From: Heteronotia binoei
Lineage: Eukaryota
Direction of reading: 5' to 3'
NCBI RefSeq assembly: GCF_032191835.1
Contig: NC_083239.1
Span: 20,522,001 to 20,586,000 of the forward strand
DNA: 64,000 bases
Positions 33,601 through 45,600 of the stretch are shown here, piece by piece. A model generated the notes under the pieces. That model searched no databases. It saw only the letters and a program-made list of their open reading frames with translations, and had not been told where the DNA came from. Positions within the stretch are counted from its first letter, which is position 1, and each line of letters opens with the position of its first letter. Position numbers and translations under genes: made by a program.

Positions 33601-36600
33601 GGATAGCACAAGTATATGTTTTCAAAGCTAAGCAGAAAAGAGAAGGGAGTTTGGTGCATTCACTCCGACAACTCACTTTCGGACAGCTCCACTGCGCAGG
33701 TTTGCCCTCTCCGACAGCAGGCCTAGGACTGTGTTCCACTGCTGTAGGGCACTCTTGGAAACCATCAGGCGAAATGGAGGGCTGAGCAAGTCCCCATTAC
33801 GGAAAACACTTCAAAGAAGAAACAAAAAGCAATGTGCTGGGCTGACCATATGGACAGATCTATGGCAGAGTCCCTCGCCAAGGAATCCCTTTTATGCTTG
33901 TTCAGAGGCCTTCCAAGGGAAACCCAGAAGGCACCATGCTGCAACCTCAGCACCTCAATTGTTCTTTCCCCTGGAGAACCCTGTGCACAGAGATTCCTTT
34001 GTAAAGGAACCAAGCCTTGCATGTCTGCTGTGGAGCCCAATGTGCCACAGAGACAGCTAGAAGGCTTGTTTCATTGGCCACACTCAGTGCACCCTTGGAG
34101 ATGTGTACCGCAAAGGAAGATGGCATGCAGCAAGCCTTTCAGAGAAGGTTGCCCACCGTTGTCACTATCCTCATTCCAAGAAGCAGTCATCAGAATGTAG
34201 TCAGTAAGCAACCACAATTTGAGCAAGGTCTATCCTCTAGTCCAGGGGTGGCCAACAGTAGCTCTCCAGATGTTTTTGCCTCCTCTCTTTTATCAGCATG
34301 GCCAATGGCTGGGAGTTGTAGGCAAAAAACATCTGGAGAGCTACCGTTGGCCACCCCTGCTCTAGTCTAAAAGGTGAGGTGTCATACATGCTTTGTCTTG
34401 ATGCTTCCCAAATGTTTTCCTTATCGCTACCACCTCCCATGCATGGAACTGGGACCTGCAGATCCATTCTACTAACATCAGTGTTTCTTTCCTGATCAAA
34501 CAACCTTCTGCTGATGCACCCCACTGCCTCATGTCGGAGGAAAGCACCCATGTTAGTGGAACAAATCCACAGGATCCAACCTATGTTGACTACTTCACTG
34601 TCCCCCAAAAGGTATTTTATACAGAAATTAAAGAGTCACTCACTGTATAATGCAGGGCATGTTCACCTGTCTCCTGCATCGCTCCAAAACATTTGCCCTC
34701 CGAGAAACGACTGGATAGCGCTAGAAGCCAAATAACATCCATTCACATAGTAAGTACTATTTATTATCAAGACACTGCCGTCAGTGGACATGCCACTTTG
34801 CAGAGAAGCATAAAATGAAGAAATTAGGTCCATGTCTGAAGGAGCTCACAGTGAAAACGTTGATGGTAGGACATCAAACATAGAGGAGAGTCAAGTAACA
34901 AAGAGGAACTGAGCTAGTTGGAGAATCACTGTCCACCCCACCCCACCCCTAACCCACCCAGAAACGATGGATAGATTTGTGTGTCCCAAAGCAAAAACAG
35001 GATCCTGTCCTCCCTAAAACTTGGAAATAAAGTTTCCTTGAGGATGAATTGGCCTACTGGATCACTGGGAAACTTCCTGGTGGTCCACTGCTCTGGAGGA
35101 CCACTGGTCAGGAGGAAGCTGAACCAAGTGGCCCCAGGATGGCAGTGGCTCAGAGGTTGCTTGGCTTGGGTCCAGACTGCAGACATTATGTCAGCAGGGA
35201 AAGGCTCAGCTTGCTCAAGGTTTTTTTTTTTTTTTAAAATCATTCCACACAGAAAAGCATGTAGTGCTAATGTAAAATAGTACAGTATTCATGTAAAATG
35301 TTCAGTGCACATTCAGCAAAGAAGCTATTAGAAAACCAACCCATTTGTATGAACTACACAGGCACTAACTACACAATATTATTCAAGTGGTTTTTGTTTT
35401 TAAAAGTCAAAAGCAGTGTTTAATTACAAAAAAAATCTGGGTTCTTAGTCTTAAGTAGAGAAGACATTTTGTTGCAGCAGCAGGGACAGAAGCAGAAGAG
35501 GAGATTGAATTTATACCCTTCCCTTCAGAGCAGTTTACTATCTCCGTTCCCTTCCCCTACCCACAACGGACACCCTGTGAAGTAGATGGGGCTGAGAGAG
35601 CTATGAGAGAACTGCTCTTGAGAGAACTGTGACTGACTCAAGGTCACACCAGCAGCTGCATGTAGAGGAGTGGGGAATCAAACCTGGTTCTCTCAGATTA
35701 GAGTTCATGCTCTTAACCACTACAGCTAAGTGGCTCTGAACAATTGTCAGGAGGGGGAAATACTAATTCTAACAGCTACACAGCAATCCCAAATTATTCA
35801 GAAGTAAGCCCTGTCATTGGAGCAGTGAGCAGCACAAATAGTTCTGATTTGAGCATTCTTCTGGGCTTTTAAAGCACTCTTCAGCACCTTTTAAAGCAGC
35901 TGGTTCCACATTGTGGCATTTTAGAATCCTGAAAACATGGAAGTTCTAATCCACAGGTTGCAATAACATTGAAGGAAAGCTCAAGGGGTTTTTATAATTT
36001 AAATTTTTATTAGAACTCATTAGCGGTGCTTCCACTTTCTTAATCCTCCACTGGAAAGTCTGCACTTTCAAGGATTCGCATTCCCTCTTCTGGTGTGACA
36101 GCTCTTCTGTGTATTTGTTGCTCCTTTCCAGCACCTTTTAAAGCAGCTGGTTCCACATTTGCATGGATTGAACTTGAAATAAAGTGCTGCTTCACTGAAC
36201 TGCCCAAACTTCTGGGTTGATCAACTTCCAACCACAGCCTTTAGTCACAATTTCTCCTTCACAGGGCCACTGTTTTTCAACCTCCCTTTCCTGTTTATCT
36301 CCACTATTTCATGGCATCTTTCCCATTTTTGTATATATCATCTGCCTGAAGCTTCTGGGTCAATGTCACCAAAGTCTCAGGGAGAGCCTTGTTCCCATCA
36401 TCCAAGAGAAGAGGACTCTTGTGATTTTTGTCCGACGTATCCAGAGTCACAGGATGCAAGCACAGGATGCAGCTGGGGCTCCAAGCTCAAGTTTTTGAAG
36501 GTCAATTCCTCCAGCTCTTTCTGCAGAGATTATATCTGATCCTCATCCTCATATTCTTTGTGAAGGGGCCAAAGCCTGGATTTGCAGAGCTGTTTTCTAG

Positions 36601-39600
36601 CCACATGGGTAAACATGGGATCACTTTCACTGGTTCTTCCTACAACTTCCTTGTAAGGATTTTTGGGGGTGATGGGCATCTGGCAAGCAGGACACTGACT
36701 ATTGTTCTTCAGCCACACCTCAACGCAAATGGAGCAGAAGATGTTGGCAGAGTAATTAACACAGCAACCTGATTAAAGAGTAGATAAAGGTTTATTTAGG
36801 AAATAGCATATTTGATAGGAAAGAGGAGAGACAGAGATAGGTTTCTAACTACGCGTCTAGCGGAGGGAGAGGGAGAAAGAGAGACTAAATTATGGATGTC
36901 AGAGAAGAAAGAGGAAATAGCCCTAAGAGCAGCAATCTGGAGACAGACAAGGAATGACACTTAACAGGGGAGAGAAGGTGCACTCCTCAGTATTCTTTCT
37001 AAATGTCTTCTTGCTGCCCCCTTCAGGTCTTCTTCTCTTTTGCTTTGTACACCAGACATTGTCTTTTCCAATAGATGGCCAGGTGGTAGACCTTTCCCAG
37101 TCAAATATGGCAAGTGATGAGCAGTGTGAGAAACAATCTGATGTTCTTAACGTTCTGAGCAATTGTGACATTTTAGAATCCTGAAAACATGGAAGTTCTA
37201 ATCCACAGGTTGCAACAACATTGAAGGAAAGCTCAAGGGTTGTTTTTTTTTATAATTTAAATTTTTATTAGAAATTTTATAAAAATAATATTTACAACAA
37301 GACAGATAGACAGATAATAATAAAATAAAATAAAATAAAATGTAACATCATATAAGTATATATACACAGTCTTGGAATAATTAAAGGGATACAATGGAAA
37401 ACAAAAGAAAAATACACCTTCAAGCCTCAAAGAAGCAATTGCAATACAATTAATAGATCATTATATTCATGTACTTGAGTGGGATTTTGCCAAAGTTGGA
37501 CTCTTTGTTAACATACTCCAGAAAAACAAACCACTTTTCAATAAACCAGTCACCTACTTTTGAGTTGTCTTGTATAGCAATACTGGTAGCTAGCTTATCA
37601 TTAATAAGTATATCCCAAACTTTGTTAAACCAGCACATTAGAGTGGGAGCTTTAGGTAGTTTCCAATAGCGTGCTATGACAATTTTACCGGCTAATAGCA
37701 ATTAGTTCTTTCTGGAGCGAGGAGAAGTTTGAGTCAGGCCAGAAATTTGACAAGATAGATTCTGGAGTAAATGGTATTTCAAACCCAACTATTTCTGTAA
37801 TTTTCTTCAGGATCTTCACCCAGAGGTCTTCAATTTTGGGACACTCTCACCAACAATGGATGAAAGTTCCTGAAACATTAATCAGTCGCTCTCCTGGGCA
37901 GGGGGTGATTCAAGACGGGGGTTAGCTTTTTGTAGTTCTTCTTCAGCCGGAGAAAGTTTTAATGAAAGGGACGATAGTAACACCTTGCCCGACTCCACAT
38001 CAGTCGCTCTGTGCAGGAAACCATTTCTATAAACTAAAATGTCCGACACAGGGCCCCAATGAAAACGTACATTAGCCGCATGCAGTTTGTTAACAAAGGG
38101 CTTCAGGATGTTTTTCCAGGACATTGGGGGAGAGATCCAAGAGCGCCCAAATCTTTTCCCCCTTGTAAGACACTGTTCACCCTTGCTTCCTTCAGGACAA
38201 GGTCCCTAGTTCTGGGAAATACGAAATGGACGAGAATGTCCCTGGGTCTGCCTTTCTGAGACGCCATCACTCCCAGCCGTTGTGCTTTAGATATTGACAG
38301 AACGCTCCCCTCCTCCATGTTTAAAGATTTTGCAAGCCAGTGTGCTATAAACTTTGCCGGATCCTGGGACCCTTCCTCGCCCTCCTCAAAGCCCTTAAAT
38401 TTCAGGTTAGAGGCTCGAGCCTTTTCCAGAACTGTGATTCTGGTACCTAGTAGGGCTTCAGATTTCTTAATTTGCTTTACATCCTCCTTAAGTGATAATG
38501 CAGCTTTGGCAGTTTGTTCCACCATTTTAGCAGTCACATTAAGCTCTTCCGAGAGCACTTGTACTCTCTCCTTAATTGGCTTAAAAAAGGCGTCAATCGA
38601 TTCATTAAAATAGCGGTGGATATCTAGTCTTAGCAGATCTAAGTCTTTTCTGCAGAGAGGAGTGTTATCCTCCTCTTCAGCAGGGAGTTGGGGGAGAGTT
38701 GTTGCCAGCAGCCAAATTAGAAACCCATCAGGTAAGCGGGCCACTAACCTGGGCTGAGCTGTTCTTTTTGAAGAAGGCTACAACAGAAGTGTTTTCTTTT
38801 GGTGCGGTTTTTTTCTTGCGTTTAAGAGGTTTTCCCACGAACAAAGAAATCAATTTCAGAGCCTGATAATTTCAAAACAGTCCTAGTTTAGGGGGAAAGA
38901 TCAGGAGCCTGATCAGAATGCGTCCGCCATTACCAAGCAACGCTGTGCCCCCCCTTCAAGGGTTGTTTTACCATCCCAATATGCCTTTGGAATTTCTACA
39001 CAAACTGGACATAACCAATCAGTTTTGTGTAGGTCTATATCAGTCACGTCACACAAAGGAGGGAGACAGCAGAAAACCATTTTATTTATTCAGCAAATAT
39101 GTTGTAACACTCCATATTTGTTTTTGTGGTAACTCCTCCACCACAAATGTCCATCATGGGCTGGGGACTCCCACAGGAGTCTCATTCTTGAGCATGGCTG
39201 TGCTTATTCAGGAATGAAGAGGGAAAGACACCCTATATATTCCGTTGCTTCCATGCTAGGACCCTTCTGCACTGCTTAGTTATTCCCTTTCTGCAATCAC
39301 AACCAGAGTTTCACAAGTCACTTGATATAGAGCAGGGGTGGCCAAACTGGCTCGGGAGCCACATGTAGCTCTTTCACAAATATGTTGTGGCTCTCAAAGC
39401 CCCCACTGCCCCATTGGCTGGCTTGGAGAAGGCATTTCTCTCTTTAAATCATTTCTTCAAGCCAAGCCAGCCAGCAACTTGAAGAATGCATTTAAAGTTG
39501 CTTTCTTTCCACCTCTCCCCATCTATTTTCCTTCCTTCCTTCCTTCCTTCCTTCCTTCCTTCCTTCCTTCCTTCCTTCCTTCCTTCCTTCCTTCCAACAT

Positions 39601-42600
39601 CTGATGTTTATTCTGTGGGGCTCTTACGTAAAGCAAGTTTGGCCACCCTTGATATAGAGTGCTACTTCCCATAACTTATTACCAGGGGGGAGGGTTGTAG
39701 AAAAAGCCCAGCAGGAACTCATTTACATATTAGACCACACCCCTTGATGTCACCATTGTTTCACACTGGGCTTTTTTGTAGAAAAAGCCCTGCAGAATTC
39801 ACTTGTATATTAGGCCACACCCCTTGATGCCAAACCGGCCGGAATTGTGTTCCTGTGCATTCCTGATCAAAAAAAGCCCTGTCTGTTACAGTTTTGCAGG
39901 GCCTGTAAAATGGAGCTGTACCGCCAGGCCTTCAGTCAAGGCAGTGGGCGCCAATTATTTGGCCTCCCTTGCTGAAGCTTTCCAACTGTATGCTGCCCAC
40001 ATTAATAAGATCTCTGCTACTTCTTGGTTCATAGCCTAGTTGCTTCCAGACATTTGGGACTATTGAACTGCATGAATTTATTGTAGCTCCTGCTTTTAAA
40101 AATTGTTTTAATTATTTATGTTATAATTGTTTAATGGTTTGTAAAACTTATTCTTGTGACCCACCCTGAGCCCGCTTGTGGGGAGGATGGAATATAAATA
40201 AAAATAAATAAATAAAAGCAAGCAATGCTTATCACTTTGTTCATGAGCCTGCTGTATGTTTACTCTGAAGTCCTATTCAGCTATGGTTCTTGCTGTCCTT
40301 GAGATTTTCCTTTTGGTGGCTTGTTTAGATTAGTTACTTCCTGTGGTATTCTGGAATCAGTTCTTATTCAAGGTTTCATAACCACTGCTTTTCATTTTGT
40401 ACGTAGTCAAATCAATTGTTCCTTATTTTATTTTTGTATTATAGTCACGGCTTTTTTGGTATAAAAAGCGCAACAGGAACTCATTTGCATACTAGGCCAC
40501 AGCCCGATATTATCATTTTCTTCACATAGGGCTTTTTTGTAGAAAAAGCCTAGCAGAAACTCATTTGCATATTAGGCCACACCCCCTGACACCAAACCAG
40601 CTGGAACTGCATTCCTGTGCGTTCTTGCTCAAAAAAAGCCCTGATTATAGTAAGTCTATAATACTGCTTTAACAAGGATAGCATTTTTGAAAAATAAAAT
40701 AACTTTGGTGCAAAATTAAAGGTAATACCTCCTACCTTTCCCCAAAAAACAATCCAGAATTACTTCTTAATAAATGTTAACAAAGAGGCAACAGAAAGTA
40801 ATTACTTCAACTTTAAGCTGAAAGAGGAGGGGAATTTAAAAGGACAGTAGCTGTGAGCAACCTTAATAGTGCTTTGACTGTCCATGCTGGACAACCAGGA
40901 GATGCAACTCCATGGTTGGTTGGTTTTTCTAATTATCACAAATCAGGTCTAAAAAAAGACAGGGGTCTAATAGGGAAAAACTGGAATGCAACATGTTCTT
41001 GGGCTAGTTGTTGTAGAAGCAATTCATGTGCAGATGCTCCTTCCTGCTTGAAAGTTCCATGCAGCTATTGTCTTGTGAACTGGAGGAACAGGGCTGGCTG
41101 TGATTTTTCAGTGTGAGAAGGAAAACAGAAGTGTCAAAAAGCACACACACACAAACATGCAGAAAATGAAGCACTAGTGTGCTGTTGTAGTGTGTGCTAC
41201 ATGCAGAAATGAGAAGCACATGCTTAATATGCACATACCTCTTCTACAACCCCAAAACTCATCAGCCATATCTGTACACTTCTTCATTTTCCCTGAAAAT
41301 CCCTGCTGTGATAAAGACTGGCTAAATTCAACCTCCAAGGCTTGAATGTGTCAATGTACAGCCTCTGCCCACATTCAGGATTCTCCTCCCCGACATATTT
41401 CATTGCCATGACAGAGGGTGTTGCTGTCACAAACCCTGAAAGGCCTTCTTCAAACTGTGTGTAAGTGGTGTTGCTAGGGTTGCTAAGTCTCTTGTATGCA
41501 AACAGCAAGTCTCAAAGGTGGATGGAATGATTCCAAAAGGCTCCTCCCAGCTCTCATGCTTCAAGTCCTCAGGCTGGAAGGGACAAAGAGGACAAATCCT
41601 CCAGCAGTCAACCTCCATAATTCAGAGCTTTTGTTGTTGGGTCCTTTTCTCCAACTCCCAACATACTAGAACAAGAGGGCCTCCTGTGAAGCTGATGGAC
41701 AGTAGATTCAGGATAGACAAAAGGAAACGCTTCTTTACTCCATGTGGAATTCACTGCCAGAGAATGTACTGATGGCCACAGGCACAGACAACTTTAAAGG
41801 GGGGTTAGATAGATTCATGCAGGACAGGTCTACCTGTGGCTACTAGCTATAGTGACTAAAGGGAACCTCCATATTCAGAGGTAGTAAACCAGTGCCAGAA
41901 GCCAATGTCAGGCAAAGGCCTTGGCATGTATGTCCTATTGTTGCCTTCTCCAGAGGAACTGGATGGCCACTGTGAGAGCCAAGATGTTGGACTAGATGGA
42001 CCACTGGTCTGATCTAGCAAGGCTCTTCTTGTGTTCTTATTCACACCTGCGCTGACACACCCTAAGCAGAGTCACAGGTCGAAACTGACAATTCATCTGG
42101 TTTATTTCAGAGAGGGGACAGGGAATGAAAAGAAGAAAAGATGGCAGAAGAACCCTACATTGCAGGAGAAGTCCAAGGACTGAAACAGCCTTGTGGTATA
42201 GTATTTAGAGTGTTGGAGCAAGGATCTGGGCAACTTAATTTGAATCCCCACTCTGCCATGGAAGCTTGCTGGGTGACCATGGGCCAGTCACAAACTTTCA
42301 CTCTCTAACTTACTTTACTGGGCTGCTGTTATGAGGATAAAATAGAGAAGAGAACAATGTAAATGACTCTGGAACCTCATAGAGGAGAAAGTCGGGGTAT
42401 AAATGAAGCAAACAAATTATGACCAAAGCTAGGCCTTCACAGAGAGCAGAAGTGAACATGTCCTATCGCACGAAGGTTCTATAAAGTCTAAGCACTTCAG
42501 ATGACTGACATAAGCAAGTCAAGCCAGCCGTTCCAGGGAAAAGCACAGACACAAAAATCAACCAACTTCTTTAGTCAACATATTCCAGGGGAAACTTCCT

Positions 42601-45600
42601 GCCTGTAGTCATAGCAGACCGCATGCACAGGCAAAGTCTTCTGCTACAGCTACAATCCTATGCAAACTTATTTGGGAGTAGTTCCACTGATTAAAGTGGG
42701 CCTTACTTCTGAATAAACTAGCATGGAAGTGACTGCACCATTACTGGTGAACTTGGCAAACCTGGCCAGCCACATAGGATACATTTTGAATCTGGTGACT
42801 GCACATTCAGATACCGCCCAGCACAATTCCCAGTTGGTGTCTGGAAAAGCTGCCATTAAGTACCGTTCATCAGTCTGACATTGGCATTGCCAGGCCATGC
42901 CCTGCAAGCCTCAGGTTTGGGATGCTGAAGACCTGGCAGTGTTTGGTGTGCTTTTAAGATCTGCTCCAATGCCTTTGTTTCATAAAGAACTGATTGGGCA
43001 GGTTGAGGGGGGAGGGACAGTGGCAGCTGTCTGGGATCGTGGGCCTGGGGCAGCACTCCTCTTAATTATTATGCAGCCCATAATAGTGGAAGCACTTTAT
43101 ACCTATTTCAGGGGTCCCCAACCTTTTTGAGCTGCACAGCTTTTGGAATTCTGAGTGGCTGCTGCAAGAGATGGAACCCCAAAATGGTTGCTGCAATTTA
43201 TCTTCAGTCACATAGTGAAGACCCTTGTGCTGTGGTGCCAACTGCTTCATAATCTCCAGCGTTAATTCCCAATCAAATCTCCAGCGTTAATTCAAAAGCC
43301 CCACCAGCTTCGCTCTTTGTGTAAGCACACTTGAGTGTAAAAAAAGGTGTTGGAGGATGCCGTGACACCCACTGGCACCATGTTGGGGACCCGTCCTATT
43401 TGAAAATTTCATTCTACTTGCTTCAGTCTTCCCCACCCCCATTCAATGCAGACCCAGCTGCAGCTTCCTTCCCAATGCTGCCCCTCCTTCTCCCAGGGAC
43501 TCACCTGCGCGCTGACTTTCTTCTGATTCTCACCTAGCTGCTTCATTCCAGGCTTTATGTAGCTGCAAAGGGGGGGGGGGGGGGGAGAAAATTAGCACAG
43601 GGGACAAATGGAGGTCTGGTGGTCAGTGCTGGATTTGGATTCAAATCTCAGACTTGCTTGGGAGCATTTGAACATGTCCTCTAAGCCTCACTCTTCCCAT
43701 CTGTACAACTGACAGTGCATATGTGCTTTACCTTACAATTTGTTGTGCCACGGGATGGATTAGCCTCCACAAAACCAAGAATTATTTAATAATAATAATT
43801 TAAAAAGCAGGGTTCAATGTAGTTTTCTTGGTAAATATTTTCTTGCTAAATAAAGATCAAAAATTCAAAAAGGAATGTTTGGGAAGCTGACACTCCCCAT
43901 CAGGACCATTCTCCTCTCTGAAAGGTTCAGTGGTGTATGGCTCATAGATGTAACAGTTGCAGATTAGGATATTGGAAAGATTATATTCCTCTGCACACCT
44001 ATATTACTATGCTGCTTGTAAAATGTGCTAAATGCTTTACTATATTAATTTTATTCTCACAATAACCCTGCCAGGTAGTATACTGTTACTTCCATTTTTC
44101 AGTCAGGAAATCAGAGGCTGGAGAATGGTGACTTGCAGAAGGCTATGCCAGCCATCCATGGCTGAGGCAAGACTCAGTTCTTCCAGATCCATCTCTACCC
44201 TGGCACCATCTAAGAATCACTACTATTTACAAAGAACTTATATTTCACAATAACATTTGCAGTGCTCAGAGCCCCTTTTGGAAAGGTTAGAGGGATGGTT
44301 AAATTTAAGGCATCTTGCACCAGCAAATGCAGGCAGCCACATGGAATGTGATTTCAGTTTAAAAAAAAGAAAGAAAGTTGTTTTCCCTGGCATCCAACTA
44401 CAATTGTTCAGAACATTTCTTGCCAAACAGGTCGCTGGGGTATTGCCGTTTCTCTTCCTGCAAACACCGATGAGCACGCTGCTGCATGTGACCTGTTTGA
44501 CCTGTGTATTTGTTGCAAAATGTGCAGATGTGGGGGTGCATAACTGAGGATAGGCAACAGACAGATCAGGAGCATGATTCAGTCCTGGCTGTTTCCCAGT
44601 TGGTCTCCTGCAGGGATTTATGCAGCTGCTGCTTCTCAAGCCACTATTCCAGCAAAGGGACCTCCATCAAAACCTCCCCATTTGTGCAGCCAAGCTATAG
44701 CCTTGAAGGAAACTCTTCTCCCCTCTCCAAGCCAGAAGCACTAGAAATTTTGCTCACTCAAGGTGGAAAGCCGTGAGCATCTCTGGGGTAACAAAAGGAA
44801 CCTCCTTACCAAACCCTGGCTGATTTTCACACTAGGGGAAGAACAAGGTTCAAAGGCCCCTTGTGTGTGCTTCCATCCACCTCCCCTCATGACAGAAGGA
44901 ACTTCCTTCTCTGGCATATGGACATATGAAGCTGCCTTATATTGAATCAGACCCTCAGTCAATCAAAGTCAGCATTGTCTACTCAGACTGGCAGCATCTC
45001 TCCAGGGTCTCAAGCTGAGGTTTTTCACACCTATTTGCCTGGACCCTTTTTTGGAGAAGCCAGGGACTGAACCTGGGACCTTCTGCTTACCAAGCAGATG
45101 CTCTACCACTGAGCCACCGTCCATCCTGCATAACAATCAAGGAGGGGAGCACCAGTGGGTTAAGTCAACCCTTTTTTTATTCAGAGCATGATTTCTATTC
45201 AAAATTAATAGCCAACAATATCCTCTTTTTTCCTGCACGTGACCTATTTACGTGTAATGCTAACCCTACAACAGGTTGTATACTGCTGATCCTAGAATTT
45301 CAGGTGATGTAATAATTGGCATTTACATAGTACCTTTGAATTATCTTGAAAGTTACATCTGCTTGATTTCTCTCTCTACTGCACATGGTGGGGGTTGAAC
45401 ATAGGACTTCCTGAATGACAGTGTAGACCAGTATACTGCACCCACTCCCAAGTATAAGGCCAGACTCATGTTTCAGCAGTCCCTTGGGCTAAACGCTGGC
45501 CACCAGCTGTTCTTTGGTTTCATTGTGCCTTAAGCAGAACTCAGTACCTACCAGGAGCTCAAAAGTATTCCTGGTGGTCTTCTGGATCAGATAGGCCAGG

